This document shows positions 17,228 to 26,695 of a stretch of 53,782 bases of DNA, piece after piece. The position numbers and the translations under genes are program-made. How positions within the stretch are numbered: the first letter of the stretch is position 1; each line of letters begins with the position of its first letter. Source of the stretch: an uncultured Chitinophagales bacterium. Lineage in GTDB: Bacteria; Bacteroidota; Ignavibacteria; UBA10030; UBA6906. Location of the stretch: the NCBI GenBank assembly GCA_964539775.1, contig CAZIKE010000006.1:8289-62070 (forward strand). Reading direction: 5' to 3'. A model generated the notes under the pieces. The model was not told where the DNA came from and made no database searches. It was given only the letters and a program-made list of their open reading frames with translations.

Positions 17228-17268
17228 TGCAACGTTGCATTGACTTTCAAATGCCTTTTGGTTACACT
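17228..17268 (+). promoter_or_regulatory. Putative sigma70 promoter with an adjacent 12-bp palindrome
   Basis: TGCAACGTTGCA (17228-17239) directly before TTGACT (17240-17245) - 17 bp - TACACT (17263-17268). Confidence 0.5.
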
Positions 17269-17339
17269 CACATTGAAATGCATGAGTTATCGTAGTGTCA
17301 GAGGATTGTTTGCATGAGAAGAATATCATGGGGAGTGTT

Positions 17340-18953
17340 ATGAGGAAGCGTTTCTCGCTATTGACAGTGAGTATGCTTGTGGTGTTGAGTCTTATTGCTG
17401 GCTCAGTCCTGAATCAGCTGATCTCGGGCGACAACATCTACGACCAAATCAACAAGTTCAAAGATGTGTTGAGCATGGCGCAGAAGGTGTACGTCGAGGA
17501 TGTCGATACCGGCAAGCTGACGGAGGCAGCGATTCGGGGCATGTTGGGTGAGTTGGATCCCCATTCGGTGTACATCCCTGCATCCGAGATGCAGAGGATC
17601 AAGGAGGATTTTCAAGGAAGCTTCGAAGGTATCGGTATTGAGTTTGCCGTTTTGAACGACACACTCGTTGTAGTCACTCCCATTGTGGGCGGGCCCAGTG
17701 AGGCTCTGGGCATTGAAGCAGGCGACAAGATCGTGAAGATCAATGACACTTCCGCCATCGGCATCACGCAGGACATGGTGCCCAAGAAGCTGCGTGGACC
17801 CAAGGGTACCAGAGTGAAGGTTTCCATCCTCCGGGCAGGCATGAAGAACCTGCTCGATTTCGACATCGTACGTGACAAGATACCGCTCTACACGGTTGAT
17901 GCCGCGTTCATGGTGGGCGATGATGTGGGATATGTCGCCGTGACGCGATTCTCCGCAACGACCCACAGCGAGTTTGTGGAGGCTGTCTCCGGGCTCAAAA
18001 AGGAAGGGATGAAACGCCTGGTGCTCGACCTGCGCTTCAACGGCGGCGGCTATTTAGAGCAAGCCTTCAAGATGGCGGACGAGTTGTTCCCACGCGGAAA
18101 GAAGATCGTGTACACCAAGGGCCGCCGTGCGGAATTCAACGAAGAGTATGTCTCTTCCGGTTCAGCCCGCTTTGCCGACGTAGCACTCGTTATTCTCGTC
18201 AACAATGCTTCTGCGTCGGCCAGCGAAATTGTCTCGGGCGCAGTCCAGGATTGGGATCGCGGGTTGGTGGTGGGTGAAACGACGTTCGGGAAGGGATTGG
18301 TCCAGCGGCAGTATGATTTGCCGGATGGCTCAGGGTTCCGCATCACCACGGCGCGCTACTACACGCCCAGCGGTCGCTTGATTCAGCGCCCCTTTGATGG
18401 CGACCGAAACCGCTATCAACGCGAAGCCCTGGAGCGGAACGAGGAAGAGGGAGAGAACCTGATGCATACGGCGGAGAAAGATTCAACGAAGCCTAAGTTC
18501 AAAACTGCCGGCGGGCGCGTTGTCTATGGCGGCGGCGGTATCACGCCGGACTATATCGTCCGAGCGGAGCGTCTTGGTGAGTACGCTGCCCAGCTTCGTA
18601 TGAAGCAGGTCTACCTCGACTTTGCCAACAAGTATCTCGATGTAAACGGCACGATGGTGCGACGGATGTATCGGGATAGCCGGGAGTTCGCCGAGAAGTT
18701 TCAGGTTGATGGTTCAATGCTGGAGACGCTCAACTCCATGGCGAAGGCGAAAGGAATTCAGTTCAACCAGCAGACGTACGAGAAGGATGTTCGCTTTGTG
18801 AAGCTGCTCGTGAAAGCAGCGATCGCAAAGGCCTTGTGGGGCAATGCCGGACAGACGCGCGTGATGCTGCAGGACGACATCCAGTTCAAAAAGGCCATAA
18901 GCTTGTTCCCGGAAGCGGAAAAAATCTCCAAGAGTCTGACAAGCTTAAAGTAA
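17340..18953 (+). CDS. S41A carboxy-terminal processing protease (CtpA/Prc family) with PDZ domain
   Basis: LDPHSVY, GIGI, LDLRFNGGGYL, SASASEIVSGA, TFGKGLVQ, YYTPSGR; start uncertain (17295-17340). Confidence 0.93.
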   Translation: MRKRFSLLTVSMLVVLSLIAGSVLNQLISGDNIYDQINKFKDVLSMAQKVYVEDVDTGKLTEAAIRGMLGELDPHSVYIPASEMQRIKEDFQGSFEGIGIEFAVLNDTLVVVTPIVGGPSEALGIEAGDKIVKINDTSAIGITQDMVPKKLRGPKGTRVKVSILRAGMKNLLDFDIVRDKIPLYTVDAAFMVGDDVGYVAVTRFSATTHSEFVEAVSGLKKEGMKRLVLDLRFNGGGYLEQAFKMADELFPRGKKIVYTKGRRAEFNEEYVSSGSARFADVALVILVNNASASASEIVSGAVQDWDRGLVVGETTFGKGLVQRQYDLPDGSGFRITTARYYTPSGRLIQRPFDGDRNRYQREALERNEEEGENLMHTAEKDSTKPKFKTAGGRVVYGGGGITPDYIVRAERLGEYAAQLRMKQVYLDFANKYLDVNGTMVRRMYRDSREFAEKFQVDGSMLETLNSMAKAKGIQFNQQTYEKDVRFVKLLVKAAIAKALWGNAGQTRVMLQDDIQFKKAISLFPEAEKISKSLTSLK

Positions 18954-19012
18954 AGGTCCCGTTGCAACTGCTACCCCCACAGCAAGTCAGAGGCTATCGC
19001 GGCAGCGTATGG

Positions 19013-19801
19013 ATGTGCGCTGCCGTTCTTGTGTTGACACTTCTGCTTCCTTTCCGTAGTTCCAGCCAAAAACCGGTCAACACCTCGTCGGTGTTTTTCG
19101 AAGGCGAGGATCTCATCTACAACGTCCGCTATGGATTTATTGATCTTGGCCAGGTTCGCATCAAGACGCTGAAGAGGACGCAGTACGACGGTTCCTCCGC
19201 GTTCCACACGATGGCCTATATCGACTCGTACAAGAAGGTACCCTTTGTTGATCTCCACGCCGTCTTCGAAAGTCTCATCGACACGGGAGTCTTCTCGCGC
19301 TACTTTCTCGGAAAGAGCCGCGACGGAGAATACTGGTCATTCGGCCGGTATTACTTCAACTACAATGAGCAGCGGGCCTTCCTGGAGTTCGGCGGGAGGG
19401 ATACGGTTATCGAGCACCGCGATACACTTATCTTGGACGGGAAAACGCAGGATGGTTTGTCGTTATTCTTCTATGCCCGCGAGCACCTGTTTTCCGGCAG
19501 GCGTCACAAGATTCCGGCGATCGTGAAGGAGAAAAAGGTGTTCACCTACATTGATTTCTCCGGAGAAAGGAAATCCGTCGAGTCGGATTTCATTGACTAC
19601 CCTGTGGACGCAATTGGGTTCGAAGGAACGATGGAGTTCACAGGCATCTTTGGGCTGACGGGAGACTTTGAGGGGTGGTTCAGTAACGATGCGGCGCGGG
19701 TACCGATCGTTGCAAAGATGAAAGTGATTTTGGGCAGCGTGACCATCGAGCTTATGAAATGGACACGCACCGGTTGGACGCCGCCCCGGGCGCAGGAGTA
19801 A
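19013..19801 (+). CDS. DUF3108 family exported protein
   Basis: Signal-like N-terminus; GEDLIYNVRYGFIDLG ... WFSNDAARVPIVAKMKVILGSV; start uncertain. Confidence 0.7.
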   Translation: MCAAVLVLTLLLPFRSSSQKPVNTSSVFFEGEDLIYNVRYGFIDLGQVRIKTLKRTQYDGSSAFHTMAYIDSYKKVPFVDLHAVFESLIDTGVFSRYFLGKSRDGEYWSFGRYYFNYNEQRAFLEFGGRDTVIEHRDTLILDGKTQDGLSLFFYAREHLFSGRRHKIPAIVKEKKVFTYIDFSGERKSVESDFIDYPVDAIGFEGTMEFTGIFGLTGDFEGWFSNDAARVPIVAKMKVILGSVTIELMKWTRTGWTPPRAQE

Positions 19802-19804
19802 GTC

Positions 19805-20311
19805 ATGACTGTCATTCCGTACAAGGGCATCTCCCCGTCCCTTCATCCGTCGGCATTTGTCGCTGACGGGGTGCAACTCATCGGCAGCGTACGGCTTGCG
19901 CAGGAGGCAAGTGTCTGGTTCAACGCGGTGGTGCGCGGCGACATCAACAGTATCGAGATCGGGGAACGGACGAACATCCAGGACTGCTCGGTCCTGCACG
20001 TCACGCACGATTACCCTGTGAAGATCGGGAATGACGTGACCGTCGGTCATCGGGCAATTATCCACGGGTGCACGATTGACGATTGCTGTCTCATCGGCAT
20101 GGGCGCGGTTGTTCTCGATAACGCACGCGTGGAAGCGTTCTCGCTCGTTGCCGCGGGCGCCGTCGTGCTGCAGAACTTTGTCGTCCCCACAGGTATGCTC
20201 GCTGCTGGTGTTCCTGCCAAAATCATCCGCCCGCTCACGGCAGAGGAAAAGCAACAGATCAAAGAATCGGCCCGGCATTACGTGGAATACGCGCGAGGAT
20301 ATCGGACGTGA
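19805..20311 (+). CDS. Gamma carbonic anhydrase family (YrdA/CaiE-like) hexapeptide-repeat protein
   Basis: VRGDIN, NIQDCSVLH, TVGHRAIIHGC (three Zn His residues). Confidence 0.92.
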   Translation: MTVIPYKGISPSLHPSAFVADGVQLIGSVRLAQEASVWFNAVVRGDINSIEIGERTNIQDCSVLHVTHDYPVKIGNDVTVGHRAIIHGCTIDDCCLIGMGAVVLDNARVEAFSLVAAGAVVLQNFVVPTGMLAAGVPAKIIRPLTAEEKQQIKESARHYVEYARGYRT

Positions 20312-21204
20312 GACTGAAGTTCTGGGGCACACGCGGGTCCATCCCGACTCCGGGCAAGCATACCGTCCGCTACGGTGGCAACACACCGTGCCTCGAAGTG
20401 CGGCTTCGGGACAACAAGTTAGTCATCTTCGATGCCGGAACGGGCATTCGTGAGCTGGGGGAAGCACTCATGGCGAAGGGAGAGTCGGTGAACGCGTACG
20501 TCCTGATCGGCCATCCGCACTGGGATCATATCCAAGGGTTTCCGTTCTTCAAGCCCGCATTCATCTCGGGCAACGAGCTGACGGTTGTCGGCGCGCAATC
20601 AAAGAATGTCACGCTGCGACAGATGATTGCCGATCAGATGAACAAAGTCTATTTCCCCATCCAGCTCAATGAGCTGAAGGCAAAGATCAACTTCCATCCC
20701 GTGCGTGAGGGAAGGATGCAAATTTACGATGCGGAGCTTTCCTCGATCTACGTCAACCACCCTGCCTTCGCCCTGGGCTACCGGCTGGATGTTGCCGGAC
20801 GCTCGTTGGTGTACATTAGCGACAACGAGCCGTTCGACCGCGAGGTTGCTCGCTCGCTCAAGAACGTCGAGAAGGTTATCACCGACAAGTATGCAGAAAG
20901 TAAGGGCGACCCAAATCAGCGTGTGTTCGACTTCGCGCGCGGAGCAGACATTCTCATTCACGATGCAACCTATACACCCGAAGAGTATGTGAACCGCGTG
21001 GGGTGGGGGCACTCGCACTATCTCTTCACGTTGAAGGTGGCAGCCGAAGCACAGGTGAAGAAGCTCATTCTCTTTCATCACGACCCGTCGCACAGCGACG
21101 ATAAGATCGATGAGATTGTCGAGACATGCAAGAAGGAAGTGAAGACGCGCGGCTATCGCTTCGAGTGCGTGGCGGCGGAAGAAGGGATGGAATTGCAGTG
21201 GTGA
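20308..21204 (+). CDS. Metallo-beta-lactamase fold hydrolase (phosphodiesterase-like)
   Basis: FWGTRGSIP, YGGNTPC, HPHWDHIQG, GWGHS, LFHHDP; GTGA overlap with upstream stop. Confidence 0.9.
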   Translation: MRLKFWGTRGSIPTPGKHTVRYGGNTPCLEVRLRDNKLVIFDAGTGIRELGEALMAKGESVNAYVLIGHPHWDHIQGFPFFKPAFISGNELTVVGAQSKNVTLRQMIADQMNKVYFPIQLNELKAKINFHPVREGRMQIYDAELSSIYVNHPAFALGYRLDVAGRSLVYISDNEPFDREVARSLKNVEKVITDKYAESKGDPNQRVFDFARGADILIHDATYTPEEYVNRVGWGHSHYLFTLKVAAEAQVKKLILFHHDPSHSDDKIDEIVETCKKEVKTRGYRFECVAAEEGMELQW

Positions 21205-21219
21205 GTGCACGGAAGAGGC

Positions 21220-21248
21220 TTGACTATCACTCGAATGCTCTATATATT
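21220..21248 (+). promoter_or_regulatory. Putative sigma70 promoter for the cold-shock gene
   Basis: TTGACT (21220-21225) - 17 bp - TATATT (21243-21248). Confidence 0.55.
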
Positions 21249-21300
21249 GCCGCCAGTTCGTTACGACAATTCACCATCATCTCACAGACGCGGAGCCGGA

Positions 21301-21501
21301 ATGGAACGTGGTCGGGTCAAATGGTTTGATGCAAAGAAGGGTTTTGGATTTATCGAACGTCAATCCGGCGGCGATATTTTTTTTCATGTCTCCGGCCTGC
21401 GAGACAAAACACTCACAACGGTGCCGAACGGTTCCACCGTCGAGTTTGATGTTGTGGAAGGGAAGAAAGGTCCACAGGCAACGAACGTGACTCTTGTATG
21501 A
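21301..21501 (+). CDS. Cold-shock domain protein (CspA family)
   Basis: GRVKWFDAKKGFGFI (RNP1), DIFFHVS (RNP2), GKKGPQATNV; start reassigned to ATG 21301. Confidence 0.93.
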   Translation: MERGRVKWFDAKKGFGFIERQSGGDIFFHVSGLRDKTLTTVPNGSTVEFDVVEGKKGPQATNVTLV

Positions 21502-21525
21502 AGCATCATCACGGCAGCGAGTGAG

Positions 21526-21572
21526 AAACCCCGGATGACCGCGCTATCGAAGAATCATCTCGGGGTTTTGTT
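21526..21572 (+). terminator. Probable intrinsic terminator
   Basis: AAACCCCGGATGA pairs with TCATCTCGGGGTTT (one bulge), followed by TGTT. Confidence 0.55.
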
Positions 21573-21592
21573 ATCTTATTCATGAGTGAACT

Positions 21593-22102
21593 ATGTCCTT
21601 CACCTTCACGCTGTCCGACTTCAGGAAGATCGGGAAGTTGTTGAACGTTGCACCACGATCGATGGGCTCCCACTATCGGTACGACGTGGCAGGGAAAGAT
21701 CCCAGCAGAAAACTTGCTCTGGAAATCTATCCACAGATCAGGATAGGCAAGGACAAGGGGAATTTAGTTTCGGTGTACACGGAGTCTGCACACCTGCAGT
21801 TGCATTTCTGCTCGGGCTATGTCGGCAGCGACATGCTGGGCGAAGTCACATTCGTTGGCGAACACAACGGCAAGCTGAGCGGTTTGATTGTAGAGCGCGA
21901 GGGAGGCTGCTCGCTCTATGCCAATGTGGATCGTGCATTGCTGTCGGGAGATTTCACGCAGCTCGGCCCCGAGGTAATGCTGTCGGGCATCGCTCTCTCG
22001 CTGACGGACACAATCCTCGAAACCTCACCGGTTGCCCCGAAAGCACAGGCTGGCGAGCGTAAGCGGGGAAAAGCCGGCAAACGCGCGGCAAGGTCGCGTT
22101 GA
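21593..22102 (+). CDS. Hypothetical protein, first gene of the ybeY-smg-topA operon
   Basis: 169 aa ORF with protein-like composition; its stop overlaps the ybeY start (TGATG). Confidence 0.7.
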   Translation: MSFTFTLSDFRKIGKLLNVAPRSMGSHYRYDVAGKDPSRKLALEIYPQIRIGKDKGNLVSVYTESAHLQLHFCSGYVGSDMLGEVTFVGEHNGKLSGLIVEREGGCSLYANVDRALLSGDFTQLGPEVMLSGIALSLTDTILETSPVAPKAQAGERKRGKAGKRAARSR

Positions 22103-22533
22103 TGCCGGATGTTGACGTTGTCAACGCGCATCATCGCTACCGTATGCGGCGACGCACCGTAGAAGCGTACGTCCGTAGAGTGATGGGAACGAGGAAGGGA
22201 AGGATTTCTGTTGTATTCATTGATTCGCGACGGTGCAGGGCAATCAACCGGAAATACCTGCACCATGATTACGTAACGGATGTAATCACCTTCCCGCTGG
22301 AAAGCGGGAAGGTGCTGGAAGGAGAGATTTACGTGAACCTTGACCGAGCACGTCAGCAGGCACGAACCTTTCGTGTCAGCGTTGCGGAGGAGGTTGCGCG
22401 GCTTGTCGTGCACGGTGTTCTTCACCTTCTGGGGTATGATGACCGGACTGTGCGCGGGGCGCAACAGATGAGGCAAGTGCAGGAACGGCATGTCCGGTTC
22501 TGGTTTCCGCACACACCAAGGAACGACACATGA
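22102..22533 (+). CDS. ybeY: rRNA maturation endoribonuclease YbeY
   Basis: TDVITF, GEIYV, HGVLHLLGYDD (third His of H3xH5xH replaced by Asp, as is common in FCB homologs). Confidence 0.93.
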   Translation: MPDVDVVNAHHRYRMRRRTVEAYVRRVMGTRKGRISVVFIDSRRCRAINRKYLHHDYVTDVITFPLESGKVLEGEIYVNLDRARQQARTFRVSVAEEVARLVVHGVLHLLGYDDRTVRGAQQMRQVQERHVRFWFPHTPRNDT

Positions 22534-22985
22534 AAGAACGGGTTGTCGAAATACTCATGTACCTGATGTCCGAAATCGAAGCAAACAAGAGACTCAGTGA
22601 TGTGGATCTTGAGGACTTGACCAGCAGAGGGTACACCCCATCGGAGATCAGTGCCGCATTCAGCTGGCTGTACGACACGTTGCCGGTAGAAGACGGCAAG
22701 ATCGTGCTGCAGGCACGGCCATCGCACTCCTCACGCCGTCAGCTTCATCATGCCGAGAAGATGCTGTTGAGCACCAACGCTCAGGGATACCTTATGCAAC
22801 TGTACGAACTGGGCTTGCTGGATGCTTCCGACTTCGAGAACGTGATCGAGCGGGCGATGCTCTCGGGGGTCGAGAATCTCTCCGTCCAGGAAATTCAGGA
22901 GATTGCCGCCGCGGTCATCTTCGCAAAACCGCGAAGGGACAAGGGAGGGCATTCATTGCTGAACAACAACGAAACGATTCATTGA
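22530..22985 (+). CDS. smg: Smg/DUF494 family protein
   Basis: EILMYL, GYTPSEISAAFSWL, GLLD...ENVIERAM; conserved position before topA. Confidence 0.8.
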   Translation: MKERVVEILMYLMSEIEANKRLSDVDLEDLTSRGYTPSEISAAFSWLYDTLPVEDGKIVLQARPSHSSRRQLHHAEKMLLSTNAQGYLMQLYELGLLDASDFENVIERAMLSGVENLSVQEIQEIAAAVIFAKPRRDKGGHSLLNNNETIH

Positions 22986-25375
22986 TGGCGAAGCGAACGG
23001 CAACAGCATCCTATCCAAAACCAACCAACGGCACGCCCGCGGAAACAGGTGCGGCGTCGGCGGCGCCCAAACGGCGCAAGCGCATTGGCCTCCCCGAGGA
23101 TGTTCCCGAAGGGGCAAAACTCATCGTCGTTGAGTCGCCTTCAAAGGCCAAGACGATTAACAAGTATTTGGGGAACGAGTACGTGGTCGAGGCCTCGGTC
23201 GGCCACATCAAGAATCTGCCCAAGAGCAAGCTCGGTGTCGATGTGGAGAACGGCTTTGCACTCTCCTACGAGACGATCAAAGGGAAGGAGGAGGTGATTG
23301 AAAGGCTGCGCCAGCACGCCGCAAAAGCGTCCTCGGTGTATCTTGCCACCGATCCTGACCGCGAGGGGGAAGCGATTGCCTGGCACCTGGCAAAGGAAAT
23401 CGAAGAGAAGAATCGGAATATCTACCGCGTCCTGTTTCATGAAATTACCGATCGGGGAATCGCCGAGGCAATGCAACATCCTCAGCGCATTAATGAACGT
23501 CTTGTGGACTCGCAGCAAGCGCGGCGTGCGATGGACCGTCTGGTCGGCTATAAGGTAAGCCCCTTTTTGTGGAAGACGTTTTATTATGGCGTGCTCTCTG
23601 CAGGGCGCGTGCAATCGGTTGCTGTGCGCCTGATCTGCGAGCGCGAAGAAGCGATCAATTCGTTCATTCCCGAGGAATACTGGTCGATCGTCGGCGAGTT
23701 CCGTGTCGGGAACAGCGATCCGTTCTTCGCGAAGTTGTTCAAGGTTGCCGGGGCTGATCCGAAGATCAGCAACAGGACGACCGCGGAAGGCTATGTGAAC
23801 GACATCCGCCGGCAGGCCTTTCACATTGCCGATGTTCAGCGCAAGCCCGTCAAGCGCAATCCTCCGGCACCGTTCATTACCAGTACATTACAGCAGGAAG
23901 CCGCCCGGCGACTGCGCTTCAACGCTAAGCGGACGATGATGCTTGCCCAGAAGCTGTATGAAGGCGTTGATGTGGGCGACGAGGGGCGCGTGGGGTTGAT
24001 CACCTATATGCGAACGGACTCGACGCGCTTGAGCGAGGAGGCCGTGCGCGATGTGCGTGAGTACATTTTCAGCAACTACGGCAAAGAGTACGTTCCCGAA
24101 ACGCCGCGCCAGTTCAAGAAAGGCAAAAGCTCGCAAGATGCACACGAGGCCATCCGACCGACGTCGTTGAAGTTTACGCCGAAGTACGTCAAACGTTTTC
24201 TCGACAAGGAACTGTACGAATTGTATGAGTTGATCTGGAACAGATTCGTTGCCTGCCAGATGACCCAGGCCGTGTTCGAGCAAACCACGGTGGACGTGGT
24301 GGGGGGCGACTATCTGTTCCGCGCAACCGACTCGCGGCCGAAGTTTCGCGGCTTCCTGCAGGTGTATGACGATACTCTCGATGAAACGGAGAAGGAGGTA
24401 GAAGCGAATGAGGACCCAAAGTCAAGCCTGCCGGCAAACCTCAAGGCAGACGATCGCGCAGAGCTGACGGCTGTGCTTCCCAATCAACATTTCACCAAAC
24501 CGCCCGCCCGCTATACAGACAGCTCCTTGATCAAAGAGCTAGAAGCGCTGGGCATCGGGCGGCCCAGCACCTACGCGCTGATTGTCGATACGATACAGGC
24601 GCGCAAGTATGTCGAGGCGCGCGACAGGCGGCTGTATCCGACAGAGCTGGGCAAGGAAGTCAATAAGGTTCTCGTCAAAAGCTTCCCGCATATCATCAAT
24701 GTTGCGTTCACCGCAAGAATGGAAGACGAACTTGAGACGATTGCTACAGGTGAACGAACATACCGGCAAGTGATGGAGGACTTCTACCACCCGTTTATCC
24801 GCGACGTTGAGAGGGTGGAAAAGACGGCTTCCGCGATCAAGAAATCGTTGCAAGAAGCAACCGACGAGGTGTGCGAGATATGCGGCAAACCGATGATTAT
24901 CAAGTGGGGCCGCAACGGACGCTTCATGGCATGCAGCGGCTATCCTTCATGCAAGAATACGAAGCCGCTGAAGGAAGAGCAGGAAGCAACGAAACACGTC
25001 GTTGGCGTGAAGTGCGAAGTGTGCGGTGCCGATATGGTGGTAAAGGGTGGACGCTTTGGAGCGTTCCTCGGGTGTTCGAATTATCCGACTTGTACCTACA
25101 CCCGGCCCATCGGCATTGGCGTCAAGTGCCCGAAGTGTGCTACCGGCGATGTCATCGAACGGAAGACCAAACGCAAGCGGACCTTCTACGGGTGCTCTCG
25201 GTACCCGGAGTGTGATTTTGCGTCGTGGGATCGGCCGGTGGCGCGAGCATGCGACACATGTGGCAATCCGTATATGGTTGTCAAATCGACCCAAACACGC
25301 GGCGAGTTCCTGCTGTGCCCCTCCTGCAAGGCGGAAGTGGCCAAGGAAGAAGTGAGTGCTGAGCTTGCCACGTAA
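22985..25375 (+). CDS. topA: DNA topoisomerase I
   Basis: VESPSKAKTI, ATDPDREGEAIAWH, SAGRVQS, ITYMRTDS, GIGRPSTYA; four C-terminal zinc ribbons. Confidence 0.97.
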   Translation: MAKRTATASYPKPTNGTPAETGAASAAPKRRKRIGLPEDVPEGAKLIVVESPSKAKTINKYLGNEYVVEASVGHIKNLPKSKLGVDVENGFALSYETIKGKEEVIERLRQHAAKASSVYLATDPDREGEAIAWHLAKEIEEKNRNIYRVLFHEITDRGIAEAMQHPQRINERLVDSQQARRAMDRLVGYKVSPFLWKTFYYGVLSAGRVQSVAVRLICEREEAINSFIPEEYWSIVGEFRVGNSDPFFAKLFKVAGADPKISNRTTAEGYVNDIRRQAFHIADVQRKPVKRNPPAPFITSTLQQEAARRLRFNAKRTMMLAQKLYEGVDVGDEGRVGLITYMRTDSTRLSEEAVRDVREYIFSNYGKEYVPETPRQFKKGKSSQDAHEAIRPTSLKFTPKYVKRFLDKELYELYELIWNRFVACQMTQAVFEQTTVDVVGGDYLFRATDSRPKFRGFLQVYDDTLDETEKEVEANEDPKSSLPANLKADDRAELTAVLPNQHFTKPPARYTDSSLIKELEALGIGRPSTYALIVDTIQARKYVEARDRRLYPTELGKEVNKVLVKSFPHIINVAFTARMEDELETIATGERTYRQVMEDFYHPFIRDVERVEKTASAIKKSLQEATDEVCEICGKPMIIKWGRNGRFMACSGYPSCKNTKPLKEEQEATKHVVGVKCEVCGADMVVKGGRFGAFLGCSNYPTCTYTRPIGIGVKCPKCATGDVIERKTKRKRTFYGCSRYPECDFASWDRPVARACDTCGNPYMVVKSTQTRGEFLLCPSCKAEVAKEEVSAELAT

Positions 25376-26307
25376 TGCACGGTACACGTGGTGTCATGCA
25401 GGACTACGTACGGATATTCCTCCACTACCTCAGGGGAGAGCGCAACTGCTCGGCTCATACGCTCGCGTCGTATGAGGATGACCTCGGGCAATTCATCGCA
25501 TTTCTGTCGCGTGTCGATGTCGATGCAACCGCCGACGTAAGGAAGATCGATCATCAGGCGATACGCGGATTCCTGCACGACTTGCTCGATCAAGGCTATT
25601 CGCGCAGAAGCATTGCACGCAAGCTCGCCTGTCTCAAGTCGTTCTTCCGATTTCTCCGGAGAAGCAACGTCATTGCGACGAATCCTGCTGCGGCAGTACA
25701 TGCGCCGAAACTTCCCAAAACACTCCCGACTGTTCTTGCCGAAGACGAGATTACATTGTTGATGGAACAACCCGACCGCTCCACCCCCGAAGGGCTGCGC
25801 GATCGTGCGTTGCTGGAGGTTCTTTACGGGACGGGCATTCGGTTGGCAGAGGCGATCGGCTTGAATTGGAATGACATCAATGTGTCGGATACCACACTGA
25901 AAGTCCGCGGGAAGGGGAACAAGCAGCGAATTGTGCCGTACGGAAGAAAGGCGAAGGAAGCCTTGCAAGAGTATGCCCGCGTTCGCGGCGCTCTTGTTGA
26001 GTCGGGGTTCAAGGATGAAACAGCAGGCGAAGCTGTCTTCATCACCAAACGCGGAAAGCGTCTTTCTCCCAAAGGTGTGAATGTTCTGATGCACCGGTAC
26101 ATTGGCCGGGTCTCGGAGATCAGTAAGAAAAGCCCGCACGTGTTGCGGCACAGCTTTGCAACGCACCTGCTGGATCGGGGAGCAGACCTGAAAGCCGTGC
26201 AGCAACTGTTGGGGCACGAGAGTCTATCCACCACCCAAGTCTATACGCACGTAAGCGTCGAACGTCTTAAGAAGGTGTACGCTCAAGCACATCCCAAAGC
26301 ATCATAA
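25375..26307 (+). CDS. xerC: Tyrosine recombinase XerC
   Basis: Complete catalytic set GIRLAE, GKGNK, HVLRH, LGHE, TTQVYTH; follows topA; start 25375 or 25396. Confidence 0.88.
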   Translation: MHGTRGVMQDYVRIFLHYLRGERNCSAHTLASYEDDLGQFIAFLSRVDVDATADVRKIDHQAIRGFLHDLLDQGYSRRSIARKLACLKSFFRFLRRSNVIATNPAAAVHAPKLPKTLPTVLAEDEITLLMEQPDRSTPEGLRDRALLEVLYGTGIRLAEAIGLNWNDINVSDTTLKVRGKGNKQRIVPYGRKAKEALQEYARVRGALVESGFKDETAGEAVFITKRGKRLSPKGVNVLMHRYIGRVSEISKKSPHVLRHSFATHLLDRGADLKAVQQLLGHESLSTTQVYTHVSVERLKKVYAQAHPKAS

Positions 26308-26343
26308 ACCGGTCACCATCCACGTAGGGAAAGGAGAACACTC

Positions 26344-26676
26344 ATGGACATTAATTTCACAGCACGGCGGTTTCGAGCGCATCCGGAGATCAAGAACCAT
26401 GCACTTGCTGAGGTGAAAAAGTTGGAGCGGTTGTACAACGGGATTGTCAAAGCCGACATCATCTTATTCTATGAGCGCGGAACCAACAGCGTGAAGACGG
26501 CGGAAGTGAACCTGCACGTGTACGGGGTTATCCTCACGGCGCGGGAGCGATCGGATGATTACGTGAAAGCGATTGATGGCGCGATGGAAAAGCTTGAGAC
26601 GCAATTGAAGAAGTACAAATCGAAACTACGAGAGAAGGACAAGACGAAGGTGCGCCGCATCCAGGAAAAGGTATAG
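26344..26676 (+). CDS. hpf: Ribosome hibernation promoting factor / RaiA (short form)
   Basis: MDINFTAR...AIDGAMEKLETQLKKYK; AAGGAG RBS. Confidence 0.85.
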   Translation: MDINFTARRFRAHPEIKNHALAEVKKLERLYNGIVKADIILFYERGTNSVKTAEVNLHVYGVILTARERSDDYVKAIDGAMEKLETQLKKYKSKLREKDKTKVRRIQEKV

Positions 26677-26695
26677 CGGCCCGAAGGAGAGGTCT

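Noticed and set aside
25375-26307. xerC as the integrase of a mobile element
   Set aside because: Canonical chromosomal topA-xerC-hpf context; no att sites or cargo genes seen
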